Of a DNA stretch of 64,000 nt, positions 26,701 through 39,265 are shown in pieces. The stretch is from contig JAQGDQ010000006.1 in the NCBI GenBank assembly GCA_030141605.1, positions 868,001 to 932,000 of the forward strand. The letters run 5' to 3'. Each line of letters opens with the position of its first letter. Position 1 is the stretch's first letter. This DNA is from Tubiluchus corallicola. Its lineage: Eukaryota > Animalia > Priapulida. Under the pieces are notes generated by a model, which was given only the letters and a program-made list of their open reading frames with translations, was not told the origin of the DNA and made no database searches. The position numbers and the translations under genes were made by a program.

Positions 26701-29700
26701 TGAAATGTGAAAAACACCCAGCTGTTTTAAAATCTCTTTAATAATTCAAAGCTTCGCTTACTAATCTGTTGCATTTACCAAAAAAAAAACATGTTGGTAA
26801 ACTGTTTTGCAAATACATATGTAAGCACTGCACCAAAAGAAATTTTAAACTGTAAGCAAGTTAGTAAATCAACTCAGTAAACTTAGTACAGAAGTAATAT
26901 TAAGCTTTACTCATTATTCATGAAAAAATAAATAAGTCATGCCTGTAGGCTGATGCTTCTTGTTTGCCTCCAAAGAAGGAAATGTAAACTGTCTAATATC
27001 TTCCATAAAAGGCAAGAATGTAAACAGCAGAGACTAAAAATACGAAAAAGCAGTAGCTCAAACACAGTAAAATAAGCAAAATTAGTGATGACTTCGGATA
27101 CAATATTTGACAAAATTCACAATAAGTATCCTATTTGAATTTGGAGAATTATTCTGTTGAGTACTCAGTATGATGTTCAGCTAATCAGAGTCAACTGTAT
27201 AATTAACCATAAACTGACTGTTAATTAAAAGCAATATACTTTTTTTTCTAAATAAGTGCAACGATGTTAACTTTGTTTCGTGATTTAAAATGCACCACAA
27301 CTTAGTTTTCCCTTGGCAACTATCAGACCAATGTCTCCTACTAGCTTATAAATTGTGAAATGCAGACTGCAGGTCGATCCAATGAGAAAAGTCATGTACA
27401 ACTTTGCTGCGTATGAGGAATGAACGAGTATTTTATTAATGAAACATTCATTGAACTGAAGCGTAACATTTTGAAAAATTAACATATCAACTTGCAAGGT
27501 CCGTCTCAACTGCAAGTTTAATAACTTCGTTATTAAAATAAAACACTCAAACAGGTGACTATGACTGTCTGTTTTCACAAATTCAGATGCTGTTAATAAG
27601 CATGCAAGTAAGAATTATCTGTCTCAGTAGAATCCCAGATAAGGAGTTTCAACTGTTAGGTGGGAAAAAATACCAAGTAACCTAGAACAAATTGCAAAAA
27701 ATTTTCCCTTCAGATTCTGTTAGAATGTGGTTTCAGGGTGATAGGTATTAAAGTCACAGGAAAAAAAATCACCAAATAAAAGTCACAATTTTGGCTAGAA
27801 AGTCAAATGAAAAAAGTCACATTAAATTTGGCTAGGTTAAAGTTAAGGCTAGGGGTTAGGGTTATGAATGTTTTTGTTGTACTTTTTCTGTGAATTTTTT
27901 CTCTGCGACTTTTTTATCTGTGACATTTTAACCTGGATTCAGTTTCAGGAACCACCACAACAAAAATGGCCAAAGTTGGAATTGGTACTATGCACAATAT
28001 GCACAAATCTAGGGTGGTGCCTATCAAGGCCAAAAATCTGTTGTACCTCTAAACCATTGAGCATAGATGAAAAAAATGACCGTTAAGAAAATTGAATGAT
28101 AGGAAAGTGCTCCACAGGATTCCAAAAATGTTGTTATTTTTCAACTGTATGGATACCACTACGACATAGTTAAGAACATCACTGCTTCCTTGTGCTGAAA
28201 AGGAAACACTGGAATAGATCTTTCAGTATCAGAATCTATAAGAGCATTCAATAACAGTTATATAGACTGATCTTACGTGTCATTCAATTTCTATCCACAT
28301 CATTTATTTTGCACACATTCGAGTGGGTAGGATAAGTTAGTGCACGATATATCTCTACAGTACTTTAACAAAACAGCAAAGACACAAACAGAATTGTAGA
28401 CTAGTTGGAAAAGCAGGCAGGGCTTCATGATATCAGCAGAAGTTTTTATTGGCAGGGTGGCCAATGTGTTAGTGTTTGCGATATAATAGCATATGTTTGT
28501 GTTAAGTAAAGCTACTACCTTGAAGCTAGCTACTCATTCCTATTAGCTAAATGACATTTGATACATTTTTCTAGAACCTAATGCAAAGCAGCAGTAAACA
28601 GCTGAAGCAGGATAGGTGGCATTAGTTTCTCTTTACAGCACATGAAAAGACAACTTAATTATCTATACAGAAACAAAGATGGTCCGAAAAGGTGCACATG
28701 CACATCATTTCTATGCAAGTCTCCAACCTACTGCTACTAGAGATGCAGCAAAATACCACAGCCATTATGGTATGCACACATGTACAGATTCAATATTGCA
28801 CTATGGATGCACTTGAATCCAAATGACTAGGGAGAACATTCTCAGTGGACAATTGGACACTGATGTTATGTTACACGAAAGATCAGTATGTAACTGATAC
28901 TGTAAGTGCTACTCCAGCAGGCCGTTTTTAGCAACAACAAAGCATTGACTTGTCCTTCTGCAGATTAATCTTATCTTTTGATTCTGTTCCCATCGTCTGG
29001 AAAAATGACCTCGTATCTTCATTTTACAAAAATAGAAATATGCGTACTTGTGACATCCCATTCCATACCCTATTACCATCCCATTACATTGTTATGACAA
29101 CCTCAACAAGCTCCCTGACTCTCAACGTTCCACCACTGACTGCATCCTGACCCTTAGGATACTAGGTCAGCAGAGAAGCAAGTTCTGCAAAGGTATACTG
29201 ATCGAAAGCTGTCTTCGACTCCCTAGACGGTGGTACTCGCTCGACTACAAATCTTAGCCGCGACACCATCTTAGTCTCCTTGGCCATATGTGGCATGTAG
29301 TAGCGAAGCTATCCAAACCAGACAAGTCTTTTCCACTGCCTCATGCCTTCCACTAATCAACTGGTCTCATCCTCCAGGCAAGTGTCTCACTTGAGTCAAC
29401 CAGCTAGTATCGGTGCGATCCACAGCCAATCTGGTAAACCTACTGACCTAAGTTAATGGCAGAGATTCCATCCATGACATGGTTGCCTCAGTCATCAAAG
29501 CACCCAAACAGTCAAAAGTAAAGTAAATTAAGAAGCAGTGACACTCTTAATGACGTGACAATAGCACTGTGATGAAGTTATCAGATTTCTTCACTTTCCT
29601 ATTACTCAATATTGTATAATTTTGGTCTAGGATCAATTGTTTGAGAGATATTAGTTCTGGCAGGTGCAACCTTGGGACTGCATTACGCGTATATCTTAAA

Positions 29701-32700
29701 AGCATCAAGGCTGATTTTGGCTGATTTTTTATTGAAGGTACATGATACTTCGTTCTAACAGAATTTGAAGAGAAAAGTTTGACTACAATTTGTTCTAGGT
29801 ACACCCTTACTAGAAGCTACCGTTATCTACCTATGTCTACGTGCACTATATGTTGAACGAGCATGCAACAATTATTGATAGTTGATTAGCAGGATAAGCA
29901 CATAAACTGGTTGTAATCGACCAACATCAACCAATATAACACTAATACGAACAATTTCCAAGTTAAAGAAGGCAAAAGATAAGTATGTATAACAAGAAAC
30001 TTTTTTCAAAATTTCATGTGCAATAAAAAACTTAACATTTTTTTAGTTCTACTCTCAAATTGTAATTTATCTTCACAATAGCAAAAAGCCATGCAAAATG
30101 TCCACAAAAAATTACTGTATCATACAGGCAGTCAGTTTGCATAGACAAAACAGGGGAAATTGAAAATCACACAATTTTAAAATTTTAGCAGTTAAACTTG
30201 CTAAGAGCTAGAAGTGTAAAAAATGGAACAGTCGTGATAGTTAGCAAACAGTAAGTAACATCCATATGAGGCAGAAAATATCTGAACTTGGCAAGAAACC
30301 AGTTGAAAAAATGCAGATCTGATCCAGACCTGGCAAAACTGAATCAAGAACATCTCTACTGAAAACTGAAAAATATCATTACTCTTCCTCTTAAAAATCC
30401 ACGAAACAGTGTGGTAATACAGAATGAAGTTAAATAAAAAACTAAACTACAATAACACTAACTTTAGAAGGCAATCCAGCAACACAAAAGTTATACGAAA
30501 TGCATTGATGTAGATGATTATACTACATCTACTGATTACTGTGCATTCTTCACCTACCTCATAACCAGCTTTAATGTGAGGAGAAAGAAATCCCAGTTTT
30601 GGTGATGTATTGGCTCTGTATGCATAACGTACAATAGCTACCATATCTGTCTCATACAAGGCATTAGTTAGTGCAGAGAAAGCAACTGCAGACTCCTAAA
30701 TAAGAGTGAAAATTTGTAACAATAAACATAATTTCATTACAATAGCCTATTTTGTGCATGTAAAGGGGAGAGACAAAGTGACAAGAGAGAAAAACAGAAA
30801 ACTTCAAGTTGCATGTAAAAAAATCCCTAATAAAATTCACGCAACCTATATGTTTTGATATATCACAGAGGCAAGGTGCGTAACTTAACAACATGGTGCT
30901 GTAATTGGTAGCTTTATTTAAGAATGGTGCTGAGACTGGTTAGTGATTAGATCAGTGAACCCCTTCGATTGTCGCTTTGAGGGTTTATTCAGCATGCTGA
31001 CTCTGACTGTTTACCTCATACAGGAATGATGTATTCACATCCAAACATGGCTGCGACACCTCTGTCGGTTCAATGGCTCATCCTAGATGTAAGCTAGATC
31101 ACTAAAAACTTTCAGTAGAGTAGCAGCTGCTGTTGAATACTGGAATCCAGTGTACCAAATTGTACAAAAAATATTAAAACAAAAAACTAAGAGAAACTAC
31201 AGAGTGCATATATATAGAATCCTAGCCAAATATTGTAGCAATACCCATTTTTGCTTTGTTTCTGCATTGTTAAGACACTATGTGCGATATTGCATCATTG
31301 ACCATTTTGGGCTGAATCTAATCATGCTTCAGTACCTTGTCATAGTGACAGAACACATAATGATTCAGACTTTGCACAAAATGCTTCTGCAAAGTCTTAC
31401 CAGCACACTTGACGAAATAACCATTTTCAGAAGAGAAATACTTTATATACGTGACTATTGTCAAGGATGATCATTAAAATCAATTTCAATGATATCATGC
31501 ATTGTTAATAGAGAATGAACATGTAAATTATGACTGAAACACCAACAAATAAACTAGATTTACAGATGAAAAAATTAATTAATGGATGAATGGACAGGAA
31601 ACATCTTATAAACCACTTACTTGATTTTGTGCAATAAAAGCGTGGACGCTATCACCCATGTACGTATGTCGTTTCACCTGAGCAGAAACGACATAAAAAT
31701 AAATTAATAATTATTTGTTGGTTGCTAGTCAGAATAATTAACAAAATACAGTTAAAGAATGAAATGACAACATTTAAAAAACACTACATAATATTTTAAA
31801 GTTATTTTTTTGAAGTAGAAATTTGTGGTAACTCAAAATATAGTAACTAAAATTCAAAACTAATCTAAATGGACATTAAACAAAATTTTCTATATTAACC
31901 AGTGAGATGAGCATTTTCAAATAGACATATGAACACATAAACATACACTGTCAGTGGGAGCAAAACCAAGAACAGCCAAGCATTTTCCACTAGCCCTATA
32001 AGCTAACTGATCTTTGTCAATCTTGGAAAATGGTACTAGTGTACTCCCATATCTGTGCCCTAAAAACAGAATAGTAATACAGTATTATAACCTTGCCACT
32101 AAAATATAAGAAATTCTGGATTTGGTCACGAATTATGTGCATGTTTCCACAATTATCATAGTCATTGATAACTAATGAAGCAAAAGTAAAAAACGATTAA
32201 TAACAACAATTACAGTTCTAAATTAGTTTCAAAAGTTTTAAATTAAATTGCTTCTTAGCTTAAAGACGAGTAAATAAATAAATAAATGGTACCTTCAACA
32301 GTGTCTTCTTTGTCAATTTCAGTTTGTTCATCATCATTAAGATGGTAAGTTCTAGAACACTGTACGGTCATTTCGGGATCGCGAGCATAGGTAATCTTCC
32401 AAGATTTCTTCACCTGGCATTCTTTCACCTAAATTAATCAAATAATCAAGATTATTGTCAATAAAAAGGAGAAACACTTTTATTAATAAGCCTTTTCACA
32501 ATTTCGTCATGCGCATGTGCAGTTGCTGGGGGTCAAAAGTTAAGTGTACCACAGTAATGCATCTTAGCTGCAACCGTCACGTGACATGTGTGTAAAATAA
32601 AGCCATCTGCCGCATGAGTACGGTAGCTCCAGTTGTTTTATGCATTAGTCTTTGTGTAAAGGGATTTACTAGCATGATATTGCTTGGGGCAAGAAAAAAT

Positions 32701-35700
32701 GAACTAGGTAAGATGCTAACAAGCTAGTAAACTGTTAGTGTTACAGTAGTTGGGGCTGCGAGGCATTGTCAAGTGTACACAAACGCGTTGTCTGGTACAC
32801 TTAACCTTTGACCTTTTCACGCTAGAACTGTGAAAAGGCTTGTTAAATAACAACGTTTGAGTAATTGTATTAAATGCAGAACAATGCTTATGCTTACTGC
32901 TAAAGACATGACAGAATTACACACACTGTAGATACACAGCTTTGACAGTTTATAATGCAAATACTGGAGATCATATTACAACTCCAGTAATCTGCGTCAA
33001 TTGAAAATCTTCCAAAAATTAATCATTTTTAATAACTTCGCCTGAACTAGGGGTGATTTGTTTTTTTTAGTTTGAACTCGATACAAAACCTGACACCGTA
33101 AATTTGAAAAATTAAACCCTTCAATTACAGTTGTTCTTCATCATTAAAACTTTTGAAACATCATGCAGTTACGACAATTCAACTGTAACCTCCACACTCA
33201 ACTTTCTAAAATTGCTATAGTTTTTACCATAGAAACAAAATCAAGCAATACACATAATCACAATACAAATTACTATTACTGATTCGAAGTTACTAATTCA
33301 TAATTTATTCGAAAGTCTTTAATAACTGAAGCTGAATTTGATTAAAAATTTTGAAATTAGGTTTAATTCAAATTCAAAAGCTAAAAATTAGATTTCTTTG
33401 TGCATCGTCTTACCACTAGTAGGACACTTATCACTGTTAAGTTAGAAATAGTTACCCGAAGATATCCAGTTACAGGAATTTTTAAAGCTGATCCTATTTC
33501 CAAGTTCACCTTCCATGGAGAAGGTCTCACCATACGAGTTTGGAAAAAGCTCAATGCTGGCAATGCTTGGCTATTGAAGAAAAAACATTTAGACACAACT
33601 TAAAGAATTAGAACTCAATTAAGAAACTAAAAAATGAATGATAAAATTAACGGGAATACTCCTCATGATGTTTTTCAAGAAATACAAACCCAGCTGGCTC
33701 CATCTTCTACTAACATAAACCAAAACAATAAACAAGCATTATTAAAATGAAAACAAAACAAGACAACTTACAAATTACGATATAAATTGAAAAAGTGATA
33801 GAATTTACCACATAAATTTTCAAATTAAATTACCAAAAAAAAATTAATAGAGTCAATACCTAAAAGAGTAACATTCACCGTCTACAGCAACAAGCATTTG
33901 CTTCAAAAGTTTCTCTCCTGCCAGCTGTTGTGCAGTTTTTTCTTTAGTACAATTTACAACTGAATTAGCAGCTCTATTAGGATCATTACTTCCCCTCAGG
34001 TTCCCATCACCATCTTCAAGTTCTGAATCATTTAAGTCCAGCTGCAGATTTGGCCCACTAATAACATATTAGAAACCAGAAACATTGAAACTTCTACAGA
34101 GAATACGTGAGAAGAGAATTATGCTAGAATAAGAAACAATAGCCAAAAAATGAGAAATGGTACACAGTGACAGTTCCACACCAAACTGTGTAAAAAACTG
34201 ACAGTAATCCAAGGCAGAGTCACAGTATAATAGCAACACTACGTGGTTTTAATTTGTAATTATTTAGAATGCATTTTTGCAATTTTACAACTACATTCAT
34301 GTCTCCCTGTTTTCTCTGGAAACGTTAGATAAAAGTCAAATTTCATGACACAATAATGCCAATTAAGCTTATGAATTACGGTAATTAAAGAAGTTCATTA
34401 AGAAGGAATTGTACTTTCATAAGGAAGTCAAATATCTGACAATTTCAATACTTGCAAACATTTTAATTTTTTTATCTTGAGCAGTACTATCGGGTAGCAA
34501 ATTTTCATTACATTTTACAATTTTAGACATCTGTTATAAGCAGAAGAAAATGACATAAGCTTAGTCATTAATTGGCCGCTATCCTGATTTCTTAAAAGCT
34601 TTTACAACAAAACTTTTTTGCAACTTTATGTAATGCTGGCTTATGCAAAAAGCCTTTTCCTATAGCATGATACATACATAACGTTTAGTTCAATTTGAGC
34701 ATCTTTCATTCCTTGTTGGATAACATCTACTTGATCTTCATCAAATTCACCTCCCAAGTCGGTGAACAGAATAATGCGTTTAGTTGCAAATTTCTTCCCT
34801 CTAAAAACACATTTTTCACAGTTTGATTAATGATGAAGCAATTAGTTTTGAGAATGATTTTCATTGTTTTTGTTCTCTTAGGCAATTTGTCAACATTTAA
34901 TTGTTTATTTCACAAACTTACCAGAAATGACTACGTATACTATTTACGAATAAAAGCTATTGGGAAGAGCACACCAGCAACATAACTTTACTCCATTTTA
35001 CCCCATGCTAAGCTTTGTGAGATAAGCGTGCAGCTGGTGTGCACTAGTAGTATGAAATTAAAAAGCACTAAGGCAGGTGCTAGATAAAGCTGTATATAAT
35101 CTGTAAGGCATAACACGTACGAAGGCACCTCATAAAAAATAAACGCATGCTGATCAATAATCTCTGTCACACAGATAATTCATTTGCAGTGTTCTGCCTA
35201 TATGGGTTGTCTACCATAAAACGTGACCTATAATCCATAGAAGGCTTCTTGCAAGTCATTTTGGGCAGCTCATATGGTCACCTTATTGCAAAATAAATTT
35301 GGCCATTAATTTCATTTGCTTTATGTGTCTTTGCTCATTGCTAATGCGTTACGTGCGTATTTGTAAATTTTACGGTACACACTTCATTTATATTATAAGA
35401 TTCCATAATGTGATAATCTCATAAACATTAAAAAGCCATTTTTTGCACCAACGTTTTACTAATACTGCAATTAGACATGTGCCCATTATTATGATTTATA
35501 TAATGAAACATATTTTTAACTAAATTACTTAGATGTTCACGAATAAAATTTACAATAAATATACAAATGTTCGACAACAAGCCGTTCTATACGACCATAC
35601 TACACACATTATACAGAACTATACGTGAACCCTTAACAGAACTTTTCGAACCATAAATTTGGAGGTTTACACTGAGGATTTTCCATTATAAGCCCAGGGA

Positions 35701-37953
35701 ACATTGTAGACAAGTGTGATTTCAGTTACTGTACTAAGTGTCCAATGAACACCATTATACTAAATTTTATTAATGTACGTTATGGCTTAGTACCATGAAT
35801 GGTCATAGTGATCTTTTTCATCTATAATGAAATATTTTGTTCAATATGCTTTTCAAAATTGTTTTAAATTATTTTGTTTAACAAAAATATTTTGTATATA
35901 CAGGCCCAATCTATTCTCTTAAAAAGCCATCAATATAATTATTTATCTCAATGTAATTAACAACAACTCTTTTGCTTTCCTAGATTTGTAGTAAATTGTT
36001 CAACCTGGTGTTATGCACTATAGTATGCAATCATCTGTATGTGCATAAATTAAACAAAATGAATGGAGGAACACTCTGGTATAGCTCAAAAGTTTTCATA
36101 CCTGTTGAATGCTTAAAATGTTGTTATGAAATATCAATTGTCCTTCACATTGCTTGTGTTAGTCTGGTCACATTGTTTGTTTCGGCTATTGTTTTTTAAT
36201 TCACTGGCGCATTGTGTAAAATAATGTATCTGGTACTGGATCCACTACTTGAATCATTTATATCAAGAAAACTAACATGCTACTGCAGGAAATTATTGAT
36301 TCACACTTCCCTCAAAGCACTGATTGCATCAAAACTCCTTACTATTTACACATAGCAAGTAACATACTGCGAATTATGTCAAATTACTTATAGAAGATGG
36401 AAGATGCCTTATGACTTACAGATTATGGATTACAGTTTGCTCCTCATGCCTTTCTCTGTGTGACATGGGTCTAATTTTAATAAGTTTTATAGTTGCATTT
36501 TATTATGCATAACAGAACTGATTTATTACAGTTAAATGTTTTAACTGCAATCCATATTTTAACGGAATTTGAAAATATAGCTTGGCTGTAATATTGTTAT
36601 CTAGCTCTAATAAACGGATTGTACACACACAAAAAGTCAAATTTAAATTGCAAAGAAAGTTAAAGAAAAACAGTGAAAACCCAAAAAAACAGTTGTCACA
36701 GTTCTTGAATTGCAGAAACATTTTAAATGTAACTTACACAGTGGTTGTTACCAACAAATCCATCGACACCAGTAATGCATCCAAGACTATTTTTCTGTTA
36801 AGAATAACATGAACAACAAAAATAATTTTGAAATTTAAACTTGTAAGTACAAGGATAATGCAGAGCAAATTTCCAATGTGTTTTTAGAAAACTGTGAATA
36901 AGGTGCAAGAGAGCAAACATTTTTATTGTTAAGGATACAGTCAGCTGACATGTTACTTGGCTCTATATTATTATGCAAATACTGAAAAAGTGCAAAATCA
37001 GGAAGAGACAACGTTGATGCCACAGTGATGTTTTGATATTGATCACCTTCTGCAAGATTATTGGCTGTACCAGGAGTTCCAAATAACACTAATGCAATCT
37101 CATCTTTCTGTTCTGCAAATATCTGAACAGAGACATACAAAAGTTAGTAATAATGAAATTAATACAGTTATGTATACAATAATCCATGACGTCTCAAACT
37201 AGCAGATGCAGCTTCACTTTTGGCTTATTAACAAATTACATCTGCAAACTGATAAGTATTTTATATTTCAAAGTTGTACAATGTTAAAATTTTATAAATT
37301 ATGTGGGCATTGGGCTTTAGGTATTACACTGTATCACAGTCTTGCCGTTTCTCACCCATATCAATACAGAAACAAAATAATATTTTTAATTGCTCAACTT
37401 TCTGCACCACTAAATTAAGAGAAGTGAAAAAATATTTCCTTTCCTCACAAGATTATAAAATGTCACCTTATAAGATAAGGTACACCACTACACCACTCCA
37501 TCAATACCTGCACGTACCAATGCTAACACAAACGGGCAGTTTCGACATTTGCAAGAATATTTCTCACATACCTTTCTTTGCAAAATCATGCTAATAGCAG
37601 AGACACTGGTCTGAAGTGATGTAGTACTTCCAGCAGGACCTTGACTCATCGAAGGACCAACATCTAAACAAAACACTATAGCTTCCTGAAATAAAATTAT
37701 TAAGTTCTGTTACGAACAGTTTAATGATACAGGAATACATTTACTAAATAACAAAATAAATGTGACCTTTACACATAATACTGTTGACATGATATTAGCA
37801 TTTTTTGAATAAAATGCAGAAAAGGCTGGCACTGTTACACTGCGCAAGGAGACAACATTCTCTCTTTTACACTTTAACAATAAAAATAAAGATACTAATT
37901 TAAAATTATTTACATAACAACAATTTAATGATGCTTACCTTATTGGCTGCCAT
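17731..37953 (-). CDS. XRCC5: Ku80 / X-ray repair cross-complementing protein 5, complete, 21 coding exons, 732 aa
   Basis: Exons in transcript order: 37939-37953, 37572-37685, 36939-37122, 36738-36786, 34678-34800, 33860-34057, 33456-33570, 32293-32428, 31947-32059, 31621-31677, 30558-30695, 26943-27033, 26488-26548, 26227-26302, 25768-25964, 25216-25312, 23384-23456, 22261-22373, 18648-18741, 18377-18516, 17731-17745; total 2199 nt, open frame. Motifs: MAANKEAIVFCLDVGPSM (vWA), KDEIALVLFGT, ADFLDALLVSMD, GHRYGSTLVPFS, MVAIVRYAY, LPFMEDIRQFTFPSL, NPYMQRLYQCLQHRALNP, NLS PDAKRVKL, VGTVSPIDDF, C-terminal DNA-PKcs-binding EEVDDLLDMM. Confidence 0.96.
19140..19225 (-). mobile_element. 5S-rRNA-derived SINE fragment (box A/IE/C-like)
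   Basis: The minus strand AGTTGAGCAATGCTGCCTGGTCAGTAAGTGAATGGGTGA resembles 5S AGCTAAGCAGGGTCGGGCCTGGTTAGTACTTGGATGGGAGA. No full 5S gene is present. Confidence 0.35.
19364..19420. repeat. Imperfect (GAT/AAT/GAA)n trinucleotide microsatellite
   Basis: ATAATGATAATAATGATGATGATGATGACAACGAAGAAGATGATGATGATGATGAC. Confidence 0.9.
19725..22161 (-). mobile_element. Decayed Tigger/pogo-family DNA transposon in an XRCC5 intron
   Basis: Tigger-type termini with repeated CGTTATAAC motifs (left TACTGTATAATTCGTTTATAAC...AAGGGACC; right GGGACT...CTCGTTATAAC...ATTATACTG) flank minus-strand transposase fragments. Confidence 0.8.
20450..21850 (-). pseudogene. Tigger transposase pseudogene (CENP-B-type HTH plus DDE_1)
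   Basis: Fragments in different frames: FEDVEDALFICL...VSGPLLKEK...FNCSNGWLDYFKK (21461-21676), KKRLTV..ANMTDTKKL (21217-21519), YFKNVQKLPVIYRTNKKAWMTGEIFQEW...IELVFLSPNCGNKLQPWDMEIIQYF (20840-21205). Several frameshifts and stops. Confidence 0.85.
26549..26942 (-). other. Non-canonical GC-AG intron of XRCC5
   Basis: Donor CAG|GCATGA in phase 1 gives KKHQPT-G-EQLEVMDQL, colinear with vertebrate KKYAPTEAQLNAVDAL. The nearest downstream GT donor is in the wrong phase. Confidence 0.8.
27745..27935. mobile_element. Short foldback MITE
   Basis: Repeated AAAAGTCACA units on the left, inverted TGTGA/GCGACTTTT units on the right, and a central GGTTAGGGTT tract. Confidence 0.55.
28900..29500 (-). 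mobile_element. Possible decayed RTE-type LINE 5' region
   Basis: GC-richer island. The minus strand gives LRVR..GGTLRVRELVEVV, resembling the start of RTE endonucleases (NVGTLxGRxxELxE). Confidence 0.28.
32485..32844. mobile_element. ~360-bp MITE in an XRCC5 intron
   Basis: Terminal IR AATAAGCCTTTTCACA / TGTGAAAAGGCTTGTT plus subterminal IR GGTCAAAAGTTAAGTGTACCA / TGGTACACTTAACCTTTGACC. Confidence 0.8.
36787..36938 (-). other. U12-type (minor spliceosome) GT-AG intron of XRCC5
   Basis: Donor GTATCCTTAA, branch site TTCTTAAC about 12 nt before the AG, no polypyrimidine tract (AGAAAAATAG). Splicing restores the conserved AD-F-LDALLVSMD. Confidence 0.9.
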
Positions 37954-39265
37954 ACTGATTTATCCCCCCTCTCAGGTGTCACAACTTTGCACAGCTTAAA
38001 TGAACCAGTATGCACCCCTGCTGGTTAATAAGCAAGTGTTACTAAATTATTTCGCAAGTGCGTCCGTAACTACAGCTTGCCATGAACTTCAGTCATGACC
38101 TACAAAAAAAGGGAAAATGCACTAAGCAGATAGATGACTTTAATCGTTTCACAGGTTACTAGCATAAAAATTTAAATTTCTTGCTGTGTATATTGTTCTT
38201 ACATAGACTCATTTGTATGTCTCTAAACTCAAGGAGCCTCGCACTCACCTAGACTGCAATTGCACAAACACTCTAAGACAAATATTGATGAAGAAATTAC
38301 CGTGGGAAATATTGTCAATAAAGGATGTCTATTGCAACGCCCTTTATTCTTCTCAGCAGTTGTGCATTTGTTTGCACAAGATCTTCGGCTTGAACTCCTC
38401 TTTTGCTTAAATGATCAAATCTTCACATACAAATAGGTGGTCTGTTGGGTCCCTTTCCTTCGTATACTTATCTCATAGCTCATTTTCCAATATTATTTTT
38501 TCTCACATATTTGAGCAAATAAACTGAATTTAATTGAATTGAAATCTCTGAAGTATTCAAATGCGTAAAAGTTGAGATATTTTAAACATATCTGTATAAT
38601 TATATATTGCATAAAGTATAATTTATTAATTGTTTTCTCTTTTAATTTTATAGGCTTTGTGCTTCACATATTTATAAGTTTGGATAGTACTAGTCCCCAT
38701 CTGTACAAGACACCTAAGTCGGCAACACCTCCAATCTCCACAGAAGAAGAAATCGGCATTACAGCAGCAAACTTTGATCATAATTCTTTTATAACTCATT
38801 CATTTTTATTCTTTATAAACATTTATTCAAATAGCTGAAACAAATACTACTCAAGTCATTTTTTTCCTTTTCTTTCATTACTGAAAAATACAGCATTTGA
38901 TTTTATACCTGTGTACATCTTTTCAATTAGTTGGCTTCAATTATACAAAAAAACTTTAATTATTATTATTATTACTGTCACTGAAAATAACGTTTTGCAC
39001 AAAGCCTATATGAATTAATTTTATATGTATGCACTATTTGATATGTGTACTGTATTATGTTTTGCCAATGTACAGTACATGTACTTGAGCAATAAAATGA
39101 ATTATCATTTTTATTCGATCCTTTGTAATTATTTTTTACTAATGCTGGCCCAACTCTACTCACATAGCTAAACACTGCTTATCATTTACAATTATAGAAT
39201 AGCCATACCTACTTAATCTCACCATGCTCAACTGCACGCTGATATTCCTAGGCTAGAACAGAAGT

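Noticed and set aside
27834-27865. Interstitial telomeric TTAGGG repeats
   Set aside because: Only one or two degenerate units, at the centre of a foldback MITE.
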